The notes below the pieces were generated by a model. It saw nothing but the letters and a program-made list of their open reading frames with translations. It was not told the DNA's origin and ran no database searches. DNA of 32,000 bases from Candidatus Heimdallarchaeota archaeon B3_Heim. GTDB taxonomy: Archaea > Asgardarchaeota > Heimdallarchaeia > Hodarchaeales > Hodarchaeaceae. The position numbers were made by a program, and so were the translations under genes. Of the stretch, positions 1 through 8,759 are shown piece after piece. The first letter of the stretch is position 1. Every line of letters starts with the position of its first letter. The stretch is taken from the NCBI GenBank assembly GCA_003144275.1, contig NJBF01000010.1, positions 1 to 32,000 of the forward strand. The letters are read 5' to 3'.

Positions 1-125
1 AATTCAAAGCGTTTTTCTTTGAATGAAATCATCTAAAGACAAAAATCGTTCCCATAAAATCAGCTTGTTCCAATATCAGACAATTTATTAACTAAATATT
101 TCTACTTAGCGCGAAGTGAGCCGAA

Positions 126-533
126 GTGGATTTACTACCCAATCAAGAGGAATTTGGATCAAATATAAGGTTAGTTGTTTCGGTCCTTACCAAATTATTG
201 TTATCTGATGTTTTGATTTCAATTATTGTGTTTTTGCTATTTAGTTCACCTGATTACAATAATTTCATAAGTTTAACAAATATTAAGAAATTTATCTTCA
301 CAATAGCTGCAGTAATAGCACTTACTGGATTCATCGTGCTTATCCTATTTGCATTTACCTCTCAGCGGACAACGAGTGCCGCAATAATGACTTCACAGTG
401 GGGTAAGTCTTCCAAAGGACCGAGTGATTATTCTAATGAAATAATTTCTCGACAGATGAGAGATTGGCCGACTTTAATGGCTGGATTCATTTGTGTATTA
501 CTTGGTCTTCTTATTATGGGCTTCACACGATAG
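126..533 (+). CDS. hypothetical membrane protein (about 3 hydrophobic segments)
   Basis: 135-aa ORF, GTG start; hydrophobic stretches VLISIIVFLLF, FIFTIAAVIALTGFIVLILFAF, LMAGFICVLLGLLIMG; no family recognised. Confidence 0.6.
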   Translation: MDLLPNQEEFGSNIRLVVSVLTKLLLSDVLISIIVFLLFSSPDYNNFISLTNIKKFIFTIAAVIALTGFIVLILFAFTSQRTTSAAIMTSQWGKSSKGPSDYSNEIISRQMRDWPTLMAGFICVLLGLLIMGFTR

Positions 534-1248
534 AAATCTGTTACTATACAGAAAAATTAGTTTTAAGGAACACTTACTGATCAAGTACTTTGGATGACTA
601 GATAATACAACATTTATCATATCTTTATTTGTCAGGATGATCGACATCTACTTGCCTCATCTGAAGATAAAAATTGTTAGTCAGGTTTTTTTGTATAATT
701 TGAAGACAATTTCTCTGCTACTTATGATTATAGACTTTAGTTATCTTTTTTTTAAAATTTCTTATTCGTCGATCCACCAAAATTCGGGCATATAATTTTT
801 AGTTTGTGTTTTAGTCACTAAACTAAGTTTACACGTATTAATCGCTTAATATGGATGCTAGTAATTGAGTTCGGGGTAACCGATGGGTGAAATACCAAAG
901 ATGATTCCTATCACTATTTCTATGTATAATAATCAAACAGAGACGTTTAAAACTCAATTTGACTTTTTAAAATAATTTTAAATGTCGTCAAACACGGATT
1001 TGACGAAAGCCAGCTTTAAATATTCAAACCTTAATTTGACAGCGATGGATGGAAACCATGAGAAAAAACCAAAGGGGACCTCCCTCACATATTGGTATTT
1101 TGAGGGAAAATAGACAGATCATCGTTAGAAAAGGTTAAATGAAAACTGCTAGTAGAATCATATTGCTTGGAAACACTCGGAATAAGCACCTTACGAAACT
1201 AGTATTCTTATCTTCGGAAAAGGGAAAGTTTCCTTATTTGATTTGGTT

Positions 1249-1346
1249 AGCGGCTTAGGGTAGCTAGGTTATCCCGCGGGGCTCATAAAGAAGGAATTCT
1301 TGCGAAACCCCGAGATCGGATGGTTCAAATCCTCCAGCCGCTACCA
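1249..1346 (+). tRNA. tRNA-Met(CAT), initiator type, with 19-nt intron and encoded CCA
   Basis: Acceptor stem AGCGGCT/AGCCGCT (A1-U72), D-stem with G11-C24, anticodon stem CGGGG/CCCCG (three consecutive G-C pairs at 29-31), anticodon CAT at 1284-1286, TTCAAAT T-loop, ends ACCA. Confidence 0.93.
1288..1306 (+). other. tRNA intron at canonical 37/38 position, bulge-helix-bulge-like
   Basis: Intron A-AGAA-GGAA-TTCT-TGCG-AA: AGAA/TTCT stem closed by a GGAA (GNRA) loop; TGCG pairs with exon CTCA (3 of 4 pairs); 3-nt bulges TA|A and AA|A. Confidence 0.85.
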
Positions 1347-1600
1347 CCTCTTTTTACCATTCTACGATTCCCATTGTGGTTCCTAGGTTGTTCTTTTACA
1401 CATCCATTGAATTTAAATCTAAATATGGCACTAAATTCTCGAGAAAATTAGATCAAAAGAAAGACAAATGGCCTAGCTCAGATGCAAATAGCTCCTCTTT
1501 CATTCCTAGAAATAGATCTTTGAATTCCGTAATGGTAAGACTTTTTTAGTTCTTGAGGCATTTCTTACCTGAAAAACAACAAAAGGTGGCAGCATAATCA

Positions 1601-1843
1601 GTGGCAATTAGAGGTGCTGACTTGAAAAAAAAGAGAACAGAAACATCCATATGGTTTAAATTTGCAGAAGAGGAGGGTTTAGATCCTCATAAGTCAGTTT
1701 GGGCAGATTATAGTGACAAAGAGATCCAATCGACTGATACGAAGAAAAAGCTACCTCAATTTCGATTTTGTACTCAATGTGGAGCTCAACTCTCTCCCGA
1801 ATCTCGTTTTTGCGAACGATGTGGAAATCATATTAAAAAATGA
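1601..1843 (+). CDS. small zinc-ribbon protein (C-terminal CxxC...CxxC)
   Basis: FCTQCGAQLSPESRFCERCG at the C-terminus. Confidence 0.75.
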   Translation: MAIRGADLKKKRTETSIWFKFAEEEGLDPHKSVWADYSDKEIQSTDTKKKLPQFRFCTQCGAQLSPESRFCERCGNHIKK

Positions 1844-1995
1844 TTCAGAAATGAATCGAATTTTAACACTAATCACTCCTAGATTGTAATAGGGGTGGTT
1901 AATACACCATAATTTTTTATCCTGATATATTTGTCTTAATAGCTCGTTAAATTTTCGTTTATACCACATGACGATATTAAGGAAGAGTTTAGCAC

Positions 1996-2505
1996 ATGAA
2001 AAATGAGGAAAATATCAATACATTTTTTTATCCCAACCCAGTTATCTTAGTATCAGCGAAACAAAACACAAATGAATCGATAATTACGCTCTCATGGGCA
2101 GGTACGTGTTGTTCAAATCCCCCAATAGTCTCAATAGGAGTAAGACCTGAACGGTATTCGTATGCTTTAATTAAAGAGTCAGAAGAATTTGTAATTAACT
2201 TTCCTACAGAAGCTTTGCTAGCCCAAGTAAAAATATGTGGAACTAAGTCAGGAAAAGATATCGATAAATGGAAAGAGTGTAATTTTTCAAGAGAGAAGAG
2301 TAGTAAAGTGAGCGTTCCTTCCATCAAAGAGTGTCCTGTTAATATGGAATGTGAGGTAGAACAAATTATTACTCTGGGAACGCATGATTTATTTCTTGCA
2401 AGGATCGTTGCTCTACACATTGATGATAAATGGAAAACCGAAGGGTATCCTGGAATGATTACTTATTCGCGGGGAAAATATGGAGTTGTAAAAGAAGTTT
2501 TGTAA
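1996..2505 (+). CDS. flavin reductase-like FMN-binding protein (DIM6/NTAB family)
   Basis: YPNPVILVS, LSWAG, NPPIVSIGVRPERYS, EFVINFP, CGTKSG, IKECPVNMEC, GTHDLFLARI. Confidence 0.9.
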   Translation: MKNEENINTFFYPNPVILVSAKQNTNESIITLSWAGTCCSNPPIVSIGVRPERYSYALIKESEEFVINFPTEALLAQVKICGTKSGKDIDKWKECNFSREKSSKVSVPSIKECPVNMECEVEQIITLGTHDLFLARIVALHIDDKWKTEGYPGMITYSRGKYGVVKEVL

Positions 2506-2582
2506 AAAAGATACAAACAAACGGCCTTACTTCAAGTAAAGCTAATTTGAAAGTAATTATATAGAGAATAGAGCAAACAAAA

Positions 2583-2765
2583 TTATCTTCGTCTTTCTTG
2601 ACGAAATTCTGGTTGACCAACTGGCATATCTCTCACGATTCTCTTTATATAATTCTTTTTATTGCGTAAGATGGGTGTTAGTCCTTTTCTTTTGCGCCCT
2701 TCTACTTTAGGGGTCTGATTTCGAACTTTTCCAGCTTTTGTAAGGCTTCCGTGACTACCTGCCAT
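2583..2765 (-). CDS. rps30e: small-subunit ribosomal protein eS30
   Basis: HGSLTKAGKVRNQTPKV signature; 60 aa, highly basic; archaeal/eukaryotic-specific protein. Confidence 0.96.
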   Translation of the reverse strand: MAGSHGSLTKAGKVRNQTPKVEGRKRKGLTPILRNKKNYIKRIVRDMPVGQPEFRQERRR

Positions 2766-2853
2766 AATAATTCACTCGTATAACGAATCTTCGTTATTCT
2801 ACTCTCTTTTCTAAATCCTTCTTAATGTTTTACTTTCTAGTTCTTACTTTGTC

Positions 2854-3813
2854 TCAAGAAGTGTAAAATTGAGACAGAACTTCCTGTGGGAGCTCTCCCT
2901 GAAGGACTAAGTATGTTTTATTCGCGAAACGGCTTAGAAGTTTGTTTTTCGTCTGAGTTATAATATTGAACCAAAAGGAGGGTAAAATGGAACTAGCGTA
3001 AAAAGAAGATAATTGGTCAATATAAGTTGGATTGTTTAACAATGAATTGTTATCATCAAAATCCATTTTTATTTGCTTAATCAGCCAAAGAGCAGCAATA
3101 GAAAATACCAATTGTGCATTTTCAATAGCTAGTTGCAATCCCACAGGACTCCAAACAAGCCAATTAAGAACCGAATTGAGAGATTTTCCTATCTCTTCAT
3201 CCTTTATTATACCTATAACTGTTTCATGTATAGATGGAAAAAATTGAGAAAAAGTGGAAAGAGTAACATCTGTCACAGCCTTCATCAAGAAATGGTCTTC
3301 AGAAGTGTGACGATAAAATTCTGTTTGCTCCCGTACTCGTGATGAGGGAATGTTAATGTAAGGATTATTTTTATCTATTTCTTCTCCCCAGTACACGTCG
3401 AAATGATTGCTAGTCTTGAGTAGAAGCCGTTCAACGGAGGAATTAGTGATGTTTGAATTTTTTGTTGAGTACCATTGAAAGCCTTTTCCCCGACAGGGAT
3501 GAATAGATACTAGAGTATCACTCTGGTTGAATCGCCAAAATATTAAAGGATAAATTAGGCATGTGAGAGGTTTAAGTGATGTGGTATGAAGTTGACAATG
3601 TCCTCCCTTGGTCAAGAACGGACATGAATTCCCACGAAGAATTATATCCCCATCTTCTGTGGATTGCAGGTAATACTGGTATTCTGGATATTCTTTAGAT
3701 AAATGATATTTTTCTGATCTACAAAGAGGCAGATTAAACTCAGTGGCACAGCATTTCATATGGCAGTCCGCGCATGTGTACCTGGTATATTCTGAAAAGC
3801 CTCTAATCAACAA
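2854..3813 (-). CDS. YkgJ-family cysteine-cluster (Zn/Fe-chelating) protein with C-terminal extension
   Basis: CADCHMKCC...CPFL...HCQLH...KPLTCLIYP...PC pattern; TTG start uncertain. Confidence 0.8.
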   Translation of the reverse strand: MLIRGFSEYTRYTCADCHMKCCATEFNLPLCRSEKYHLSKEYPEYQYYLQSTEDGDIILRGNSCPFLTKGGHCQLHTTSLKPLTCLIYPLIFWRFNQSDTLVSIHPCRGKGFQWYSTKNSNITNSSVERLLLKTSNHFDVYWGEEIDKNNPYINIPSSRVREQTEFYRHTSEDHFLMKAVTDVTLSTFSQFFPSIHETVIGIIKDEEIGKSLNSVLNWLVWSPVGLQLAIENAQLVFSIAALWLIKQIKMDFDDNNSLLNNPTYIDQLSSFYASSILPSFWFNIITQTKNKLLSRFANKTYLVLQGELPQEVLSQFYTS

Positions 3814-3954
3814 AGATGTGAACCTCGGTGAAGTATATTTATCTAGAAAAAGCTTACCTCGATTATATAGTGTTATTGGTTATCTATTATACGAAATAAC
3901 TCCCTTGATTTGATGGTATTAACATTCAGGAAGTTTGAGATAAAATAGAATTAA

Positions 3955-3990
3955 TGATTCGTCAGACGATTCATAAAATTATATTTAAAG
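3955..3990 (+). promoter_or_regulatory. candidate operator palindrome abutting a TATA-like element upstream of the BMC cluster
   Basis: TGATTCGTC-A-GACGATTCA (3955-3973, 8 of 9 pairs) directly followed by TAAAATTATATTTAAAG, about 60-70 nt before the ATG at 4047. Confidence 0.35.
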
Positions 3991-4046
3991 AGTGATAGTT
4001 TCACCTTTTGCTACTGAAATCTAAGTTGAAATAAAAAGGCCTTACA

Positions 4047-5903
4047 ATGATTGAAGAACATAGCCACAAATCAACAGGACTTCGTGGTGTTGAGGTTGCG
4101 GACACAAATATTTGCCTGATTGAAGGAGATAAAGGAAATCTTTTCATCCGAGGTTATGATATCAAAGATTTAGCAAAGAATTCAACTTACGAAGAAGTAG
4201 TATACTTACTTCTTTTTGGAAATTTACCTTCTTTTGATCAACTGAAATCTCTTCAAAACACAATTAGGTCAAATCAAGATCTACCTGCGGAATTGATTAC
4301 TCATCTACAGAAAACCACAAAAAATACGCCTTCGATGAGTGTACTTCAGTCATCCCTAGCCCTCTTAGCTGGTTATGATACTGAAGTTGAAAAAGAAACA
4401 AAAGAATCTAATCGCAATATTGCTATTAGGATTATTTCTCTATTACCTATAATTGTTACAGCATGGGAACGAATTAGGAATAATAAAGAACCAATATCTC
4501 CCAATAAGAATCTTTCTTATGCGGCGAATTTCCTGTATATGCTAAATGGAGAAATGCCAACAAAAGAAGAGGCGAGAATATTTGATGTATCGCTAATACT
4601 TCATGCCGAGCATTCTTTCAATGCATCGACATTTACTGCCAGAGTAATCGCCTCCACAGGAGCCGATCTCTATGCTTCAATTTCAGGAGCAATTGGTTCA
4701 TTATCTGGGAAATATCATGGAGGGGCGAATCATCTTGTTTATGAAAGTCTTTTAGAAATAAAAAAGATGTCAAATATTGAAGAATGGGTAAAGAACCGTT
4801 TTGATGATGGTAAACGAGTTATGGGAATGGGTCATGCAATTTATAAGACAATGGATCCGAGAGCTAAGATTCTAAAGGAAATGGCTTCAGAATTGGTGAA
4901 AAAACAAGGTGGATTAGCTCAATGGATGTATGATACAACAAATAAGATGGTTGAAATAACTCAAGCTGAATTTAAAAAACGGAAAAATAGGAGTATATAT
5001 CCAAATGTAGATTTGTACGGTGCTACAGTTTATACAAGTCTTAATATTCCTGTAGAGCTTTTCACTCCAATTTTTACTACGTCTAGAGTAGCTGGATGGG
5101 CTGCACATATTTTAGAAGAGAAATATCCAGAAACACCCACCGTTAAACCTGTGATTTATCGGCCTTCAGCTGACTACATAGGGAGATATTGTGGACCTTT
5201 AGGCTGTGAATTCACACCAATAACTCAGAGAAATGCAACAGCTAATGATAATAACTTAATAAGAAGATTAATTACTCAGGAACTCACTAAAATTCTCGAT
5301 GGTCATTTAATCCCAGTTTCATTATCTGCACGACATATTCATTTGAAGAAAGACGATTTTCATAGACTTTTTGGAGAAAAAAGTGATTTACATCCAATTA
5401 ATTCCTTGTCACAACCAAAAGAATTTGCTTGCGAAGAGGTAGTTGATCTAATTGGTCCAAAACGAGCAATCTATGGAGTTAGAGTCCTGGGTCCTTTCAG
5501 AAATGAAACTCAAATCGAAATTTCTCGTAGTGATGGATATGTTCTAGGAATCAATCCACCCACACGTCAATCAGGTGACTTGGAGGGGACTCCTGGAATT
5601 CATGTCATCGGACCGAAAGGAGCAATCAATTTAGAAAAGGGAGTTATATGCGCCGCACGACACATTCATATGTCACCAAAGGAAGCACAGAAACTAAACA
5701 TGTCTGATAAGCAAATGGTTGCGATTAAATTTTCTGGAACACGTGCTGGTATATTAGATGAAGCTATGACTAGAGTTCATCCTGATTACACTTTGGAACT
5801 ACATTTAGATCTAGATGAGGGTAATGCCCTCGCATTGAAAACAGGAGATATGGGAACGATCATTTCAGATTTTGAAAAGGAGTCATATTCCCCGTTCAGG
5901 TGA
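4047..5903 (+). CDS. citrate (or 2-methylcitrate) synthase fused to PduL-type phosphate acyltransferase
   Basis: N-part: GLRGV, HAEHSFNASTFTARV, HGGAN, GMGHAIYK..DPRA, PNVD, SRVAGWAAH. C-part from about 5310: IPVSLSARHIHL, LSQPKEF, TQIEISRSD, SGDLEGTPG, ARHIHM, HLDLDEGNA. Confidence 0.92.
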   Translation: MIEEHSHKSTGLRGVEVADTNICLIEGDKGNLFIRGYDIKDLAKNSTYEEVVYLLLFGNLPSFDQLKSLQNTIRSNQDLPAELITHLQKTTKNTPSMSVLQSSLALLAGYDTEVEKETKESNRNIAIRIISLLPIIVTAWERIRNNKEPISPNKNLSYAANFLYMLNGEMPTKEEARIFDVSLILHAEHSFNASTFTARVIASTGADLYASISGAIGSLSGKYHGGANHLVYESLLEIKKMSNIEEWVKNRFDDGKRVMGMGHAIYKTMDPRAKILKEMASELVKKQGGLAQWMYDTTNKMVEITQAEFKKRKNRSIYPNVDLYGATVYTSLNIPVELFTPIFTTSRVAGWAAHILEEKYPETPTVKPVIYRPSADYIGRYCGPLGCEFTPITQRNATANDNNLIRRLITQELTKILDGHLIPVSLSARHIHLKKDDFHRLFGEKSDLHPINSLSQPKEFACEEVVDLIGPKRAIYGVRVLGPFRNETQIEISRSDGYVLGINPPTRQSGDLEGTPGIHVIGPKGAINLEKGVICAARHIHMSPKEAQKLNMSDKQMVAIKFSGTRAGILDEAMTRVHPDYTLELHLDLDEGNALALKTGDMGTIISDFEKESYSPFR

Positions 5904-5907
5904 TATT

Positions 5908-6219
5908 ATGGATGCCTTAGGTTTCATGGAAACATGCGGTCGTATTGGAGCAATTATAGCCACGGACACGGCATTGAAAGCAGCGGATGTGAATTTAATA
6001 TCATTAAAACGAGTTTCTGGTGGTTTAGTCATAGTGATCATTGAAGGAGAAGTCGCTGCGGTTCACGAAGCAATCAGCGCAGCAAAAAATCAATTACGTC
6101 AAATTTCCTGTGGATTACTAACCAATGTTATTCCACGGCCAGATGAAGTGACAGTTGAACTCATTGAAAAATTCAGAATGCGTACCCCAAGTGTAAAGGA
6201 AGATCCTGGTAGAGATTGA
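5908..6219 (+). CDS. BMC-H shell hexamer protein
   Basis: MDALGFMETCG...DTALKAADV...EGEVAAV...VIPRP; start moved from 5872 to ATG 5908, which has AGGTGA at 5898-5903. Confidence 0.92.
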   Translation: MDALGFMETCGRIGAIIATDTALKAADVNLISLKRVSGGLVIVIIEGEVAAVHEAISAAKNQLRQISCGLLTNVIPRPDEVTVELIEKFRMRTPSVKEDPGRD

Positions 6220-6229
6220 CTAGAAGGTA

Positions 6230-6955
6230 ATGGTTATGGAAGAGAAAGAACTCGAATCACTTGTCACACAACAAGTAAGGAGCGCTCTCGGTAGTAACCA
6301 GAAACTAGGCCCCTATAATGTATTGGGTATTTTAACACATATGGGTCAAGGGTTGGAAGATTTATTTGAAGCTCTTATCAGGTTAGCTCAAAAAAACATG
6401 AATATTCTGATATGGACTAAAAAAGAAGTTAATGAAGCTTTGGAACTCACATCACGAGCCAGTTCAATTCCTACTATGGATATTATTGTCAATTCAACTG
6501 GAGATTTCTGTTTAAGCTTTTATAATGATCTCGAATCTATCATGTATGGTGCTTTTAGTTTTGAAATCGCAAACAAAGTTACTCTTTTAGAAGATTCGAA
6601 TTCAACTGTTAATTTATTACTCCAAGGATTATTATCTAAAATTCCAGTCTATATAGTTACACCATTTCCTCCAACAGATTTAACATTTGATTATGGTCCC
6701 TCAGGCATGCTAACGAATGAATTAAGTAAACGATTGTCTTTTCTAATAGAAATGGGATTTAGATTGGTTAATGTTGAAGATTTAGCTGATCAATTTGTGA
6801 AGCATACACCAGCTGTGCCAAATTTAATAACAGAAGACTATTTGGAAGGTTTAAAAGGAAAAAAACACGAAATATTTGTACCACATTCTACAATCATAAC
6901 ACCCTTAGCCCAAGAAAGGGCCAATACTCTTGATATTAAAATTATAAAGATTTAG
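6230..6955 (+). CDS. BMC-associated flavoprotein-like protein with N-terminal encapsulation peptide
   Basis: N-terminal amphipathic ELESLVTQQVRSAL; degenerate HFCD/flavoprotein-like core (IANKVTLL...LLQGLLSKIPVYIV); C-terminal LITED...IITPLAQERANTLDIKI motif of the kind seen in BMC-locus accessory proteins. Confidence 0.6.
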   Translation: MVMEEKELESLVTQQVRSALGSNQKLGPYNVLGILTHMGQGLEDLFEALIRLAQKNMNILIWTKKEVNEALELTSRASSIPTMDIIVNSTGDFCLSFYNDLESIMYGAFSFEIANKVTLLEDSNSTVNLLLQGLLSKIPVYIVTPFPPTDLTFDYGPSGMLTNELSKRLSFLIEMGFRLVNVEDLADQFVKHTPAVPNLITEDYLEGLKGKKHEIFVPHSTIITPLAQERANTLDIKIIKI

Positions 6956-6966
6956 GTGATAAAAAC

Positions 6967-7257
6967 ATGAAAGTATGTAAAGTCATTGGAAATGTAGTAA
7001 GCACTGAGAAAGATGAAGGGATTAAAGGTTTCAAACTCCTTATTGTCGAACCAGTGGATATGGTCGATCTGAAACCTGAGAGTGCTCCATTTGTAGCAAT
7101 CGATGCAGTAGGCGCGGGAGAGGATGAAGTTGTCTTAGTTGTTACTGGGAGTTCTTCTCGTTTAACTGCAATGACAAAAGATCGTCCAACTGATGCAACT
7201 ATTCAAGCAATAATTGATTTTATTCAAATAAAAGGAAAAGAAACGTATAGAAAATAA
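6967..7257 (+). CDS. BMC-P shell pentamer (EutN/CcmL family)
   Basis: MKVCKVIGNVVSTEK, AIDAVGAGEDEVVLVVTGSSSR, DATIQAIID; SD AGGTGA at 6954-6959. Confidence 0.95.
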   Translation: MKVCKVIGNVVSTEKDEGIKGFKLLIVEPVDMVDLKPESAPFVAIDAVGAGEDEVVLVVTGSSSRLTAMTKDRPTDATIQAIIDFIQIKGKETYRK

Positions 7258-7307
7258 TATTTTAAGTAATTCAATTAATATAATCTCATATAAGCGAAGG
7301 TAATTAA

Positions 7308-8735
7308 ATGACATATGATGAACAACAAATTGCCAAGATTGTCAATACTGTTGTGCAAAAAATACGCGCATACCAAGTCTATTCAGGTTTAGAAGATCTC
7401 CCCGCGATTGCTGGGGGAGGTATCTTTCAGGATATAGAACAAGCGATTGAAGCGGCAGAGAATAGTCAAATTACGCTAATGGCTCTCTCACTTGAAGAAC
7501 GTAAAGAGATTATTCAATCAATGCGCGAAACAGCGATTAAGCACTCTCGCTATCTAGCTGAATTAGCAATTCAAGAAACTAATCTTGGTCGATTAGAAGA
7601 TAAAGTTGCAAAAAATCTATTATGTGCACGTAAAACCCCAGGCCTAGAAGATTTGGTACCAAACACGTGGACAGGAGATAAGGGATTGACTCTTGTAGAG
7701 ATGGCTCCATACGGTGTAATTGGCTCCATAACACCCTCTACAAATCCAACTGCTACAGTAATCAATAATGGAATATCAATAGTCACGGCTGGAAATAGTG
7801 TCGTTTTTAATCCTCATCCTTCAGCGAAACGAGCAAGTAATGAAGCGGTTAGGTTATTAAATAGGGCTATTCTTGAAGCTGGAGGTCCAGAAAACGTACT
7901 AACATCAACAGTTTCTCCTTCAATAAAATCAGCTCAAATTCTTATGAAACATAAGAAGATACGGTGTCTTGTTGTGACGGGTGGAAGCGCAGTAGTAAAG
8001 GCCGCAATGCAATCTGGTAAGAAAGCAATATGTGCAGGGCCGGGAAATCCTCCTGTAATAGTTGATGATACTGCAGATATTCAAAAAGCCGCAAGAGGCA
8101 TAGTAGAGGGAGCAAGTTTTGATAACAACATTGTTTGTCTCGTAGAAAAAGAAGTTTTCGCATTTGATTCCATTACTGATCGGTTGAAAAGCGAAATGAA
8201 GCATTATGGTGCATATGAAATAACTGGAGATCAGATAAAACAATTGGAAAATCTTGTCTTCACAGGGAAAAAGGGAAGATTTCCAATTGTTAATAGGGAT
8301 TTCATAGGTAAGGATGCAAAAGTTCTTCTTGAGGGAATAGGCATTCAGGTTGGTGACAATATACGACTAATTATTGCAGAAGTTCCTGATGACGAGCATC
8401 CCTTTGTAATATCAGAAATGCTAATGCCTGTTTTACCAATAGTACGAGTCAAAACAATAGAAGAAGCTTTACAAAAAGCGAAAAAGGCAGAACATGGATT
8501 TAAGCATACAGCTATGATGTGGAGTGATTCTGTAGGAAATATGAGTCTTGTGGCAAAAAATATTGAAACAACAATTTTTGTGAAAAATGCTCCTTCGCTT
8601 GCAGGGATCGGTTTTGGAGGAGAGGGGTATACTACAATGACGATAGCTGGTCCTACAGGTGAAGGACTTACATCGGCAAAAACATTTACACGTCAGAGAA
8701 GATGTGTGCTTGTAGACGCGTTTAGAATAATTTAG
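7308..8735 (+). CDS. CoA-acylating aldehyde dehydrogenase (EutE/PduP family) with N-terminal encapsulation peptide
   Basis: PYGVIGSITPSTNP, GNSVVFNPHP, VTGG, AGPGNPP, FDNNIVCLVEKE (catalytic Cys), EMLMPVLP, IAGPTGEGLTSAKTFTRQRRC. Confidence 0.95.
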   Translation: MTYDEQQIAKIVNTVVQKIRAYQVYSGLEDLPAIAGGGIFQDIEQAIEAAENSQITLMALSLEERKEIIQSMRETAIKHSRYLAELAIQETNLGRLEDKVAKNLLCARKTPGLEDLVPNTWTGDKGLTLVEMAPYGVIGSITPSTNPTATVINNGISIVTAGNSVVFNPHPSAKRASNEAVRLLNRAILEAGGPENVLTSTVSPSIKSAQILMKHKKIRCLVVTGGSAVVKAAMQSGKKAICAGPGNPPVIVDDTADIQKAARGIVEGASFDNNIVCLVEKEVFAFDSITDRLKSEMKHYGAYEITGDQIKQLENLVFTGKKGRFPIVNRDFIGKDAKVLLEGIGIQVGDNIRLIIAEVPDDEHPFVISEMLMPVLPIVRVKTIEEALQKAKKAEHGFKHTAMMWSDSVGNMSLVAKNIETTIFVKNAPSLAGIGFGGEGYTTMTIAGPTGEGLTSAKTFTRQRRCVLVDAFRII

Positions 8736-8759
8736 GATAATGAAAAGAGGCAGACTTAG

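Noticed and set aside
985-1107. Inverted repeats TCGTCAAA-N6-TTTGACGA (985-1006) and TCCCTCA-N13-TGAGGGA (1081-1107), plus 30-43-codon ORFs upstream of the tRNA
   Set aside because: Short repeats expected by chance in AT-rich DNA; the TCGTC/GACGA half-sites match the 3955 palindrome but with different spacing, so no shared operator can be claimed
1751-3342. ORFs 1751-1969(-), 2028-2420(-), 3032-3247(+), 3133-3342(+)
   Set aside because: Antisense shadows of better-supported genes, no motifs
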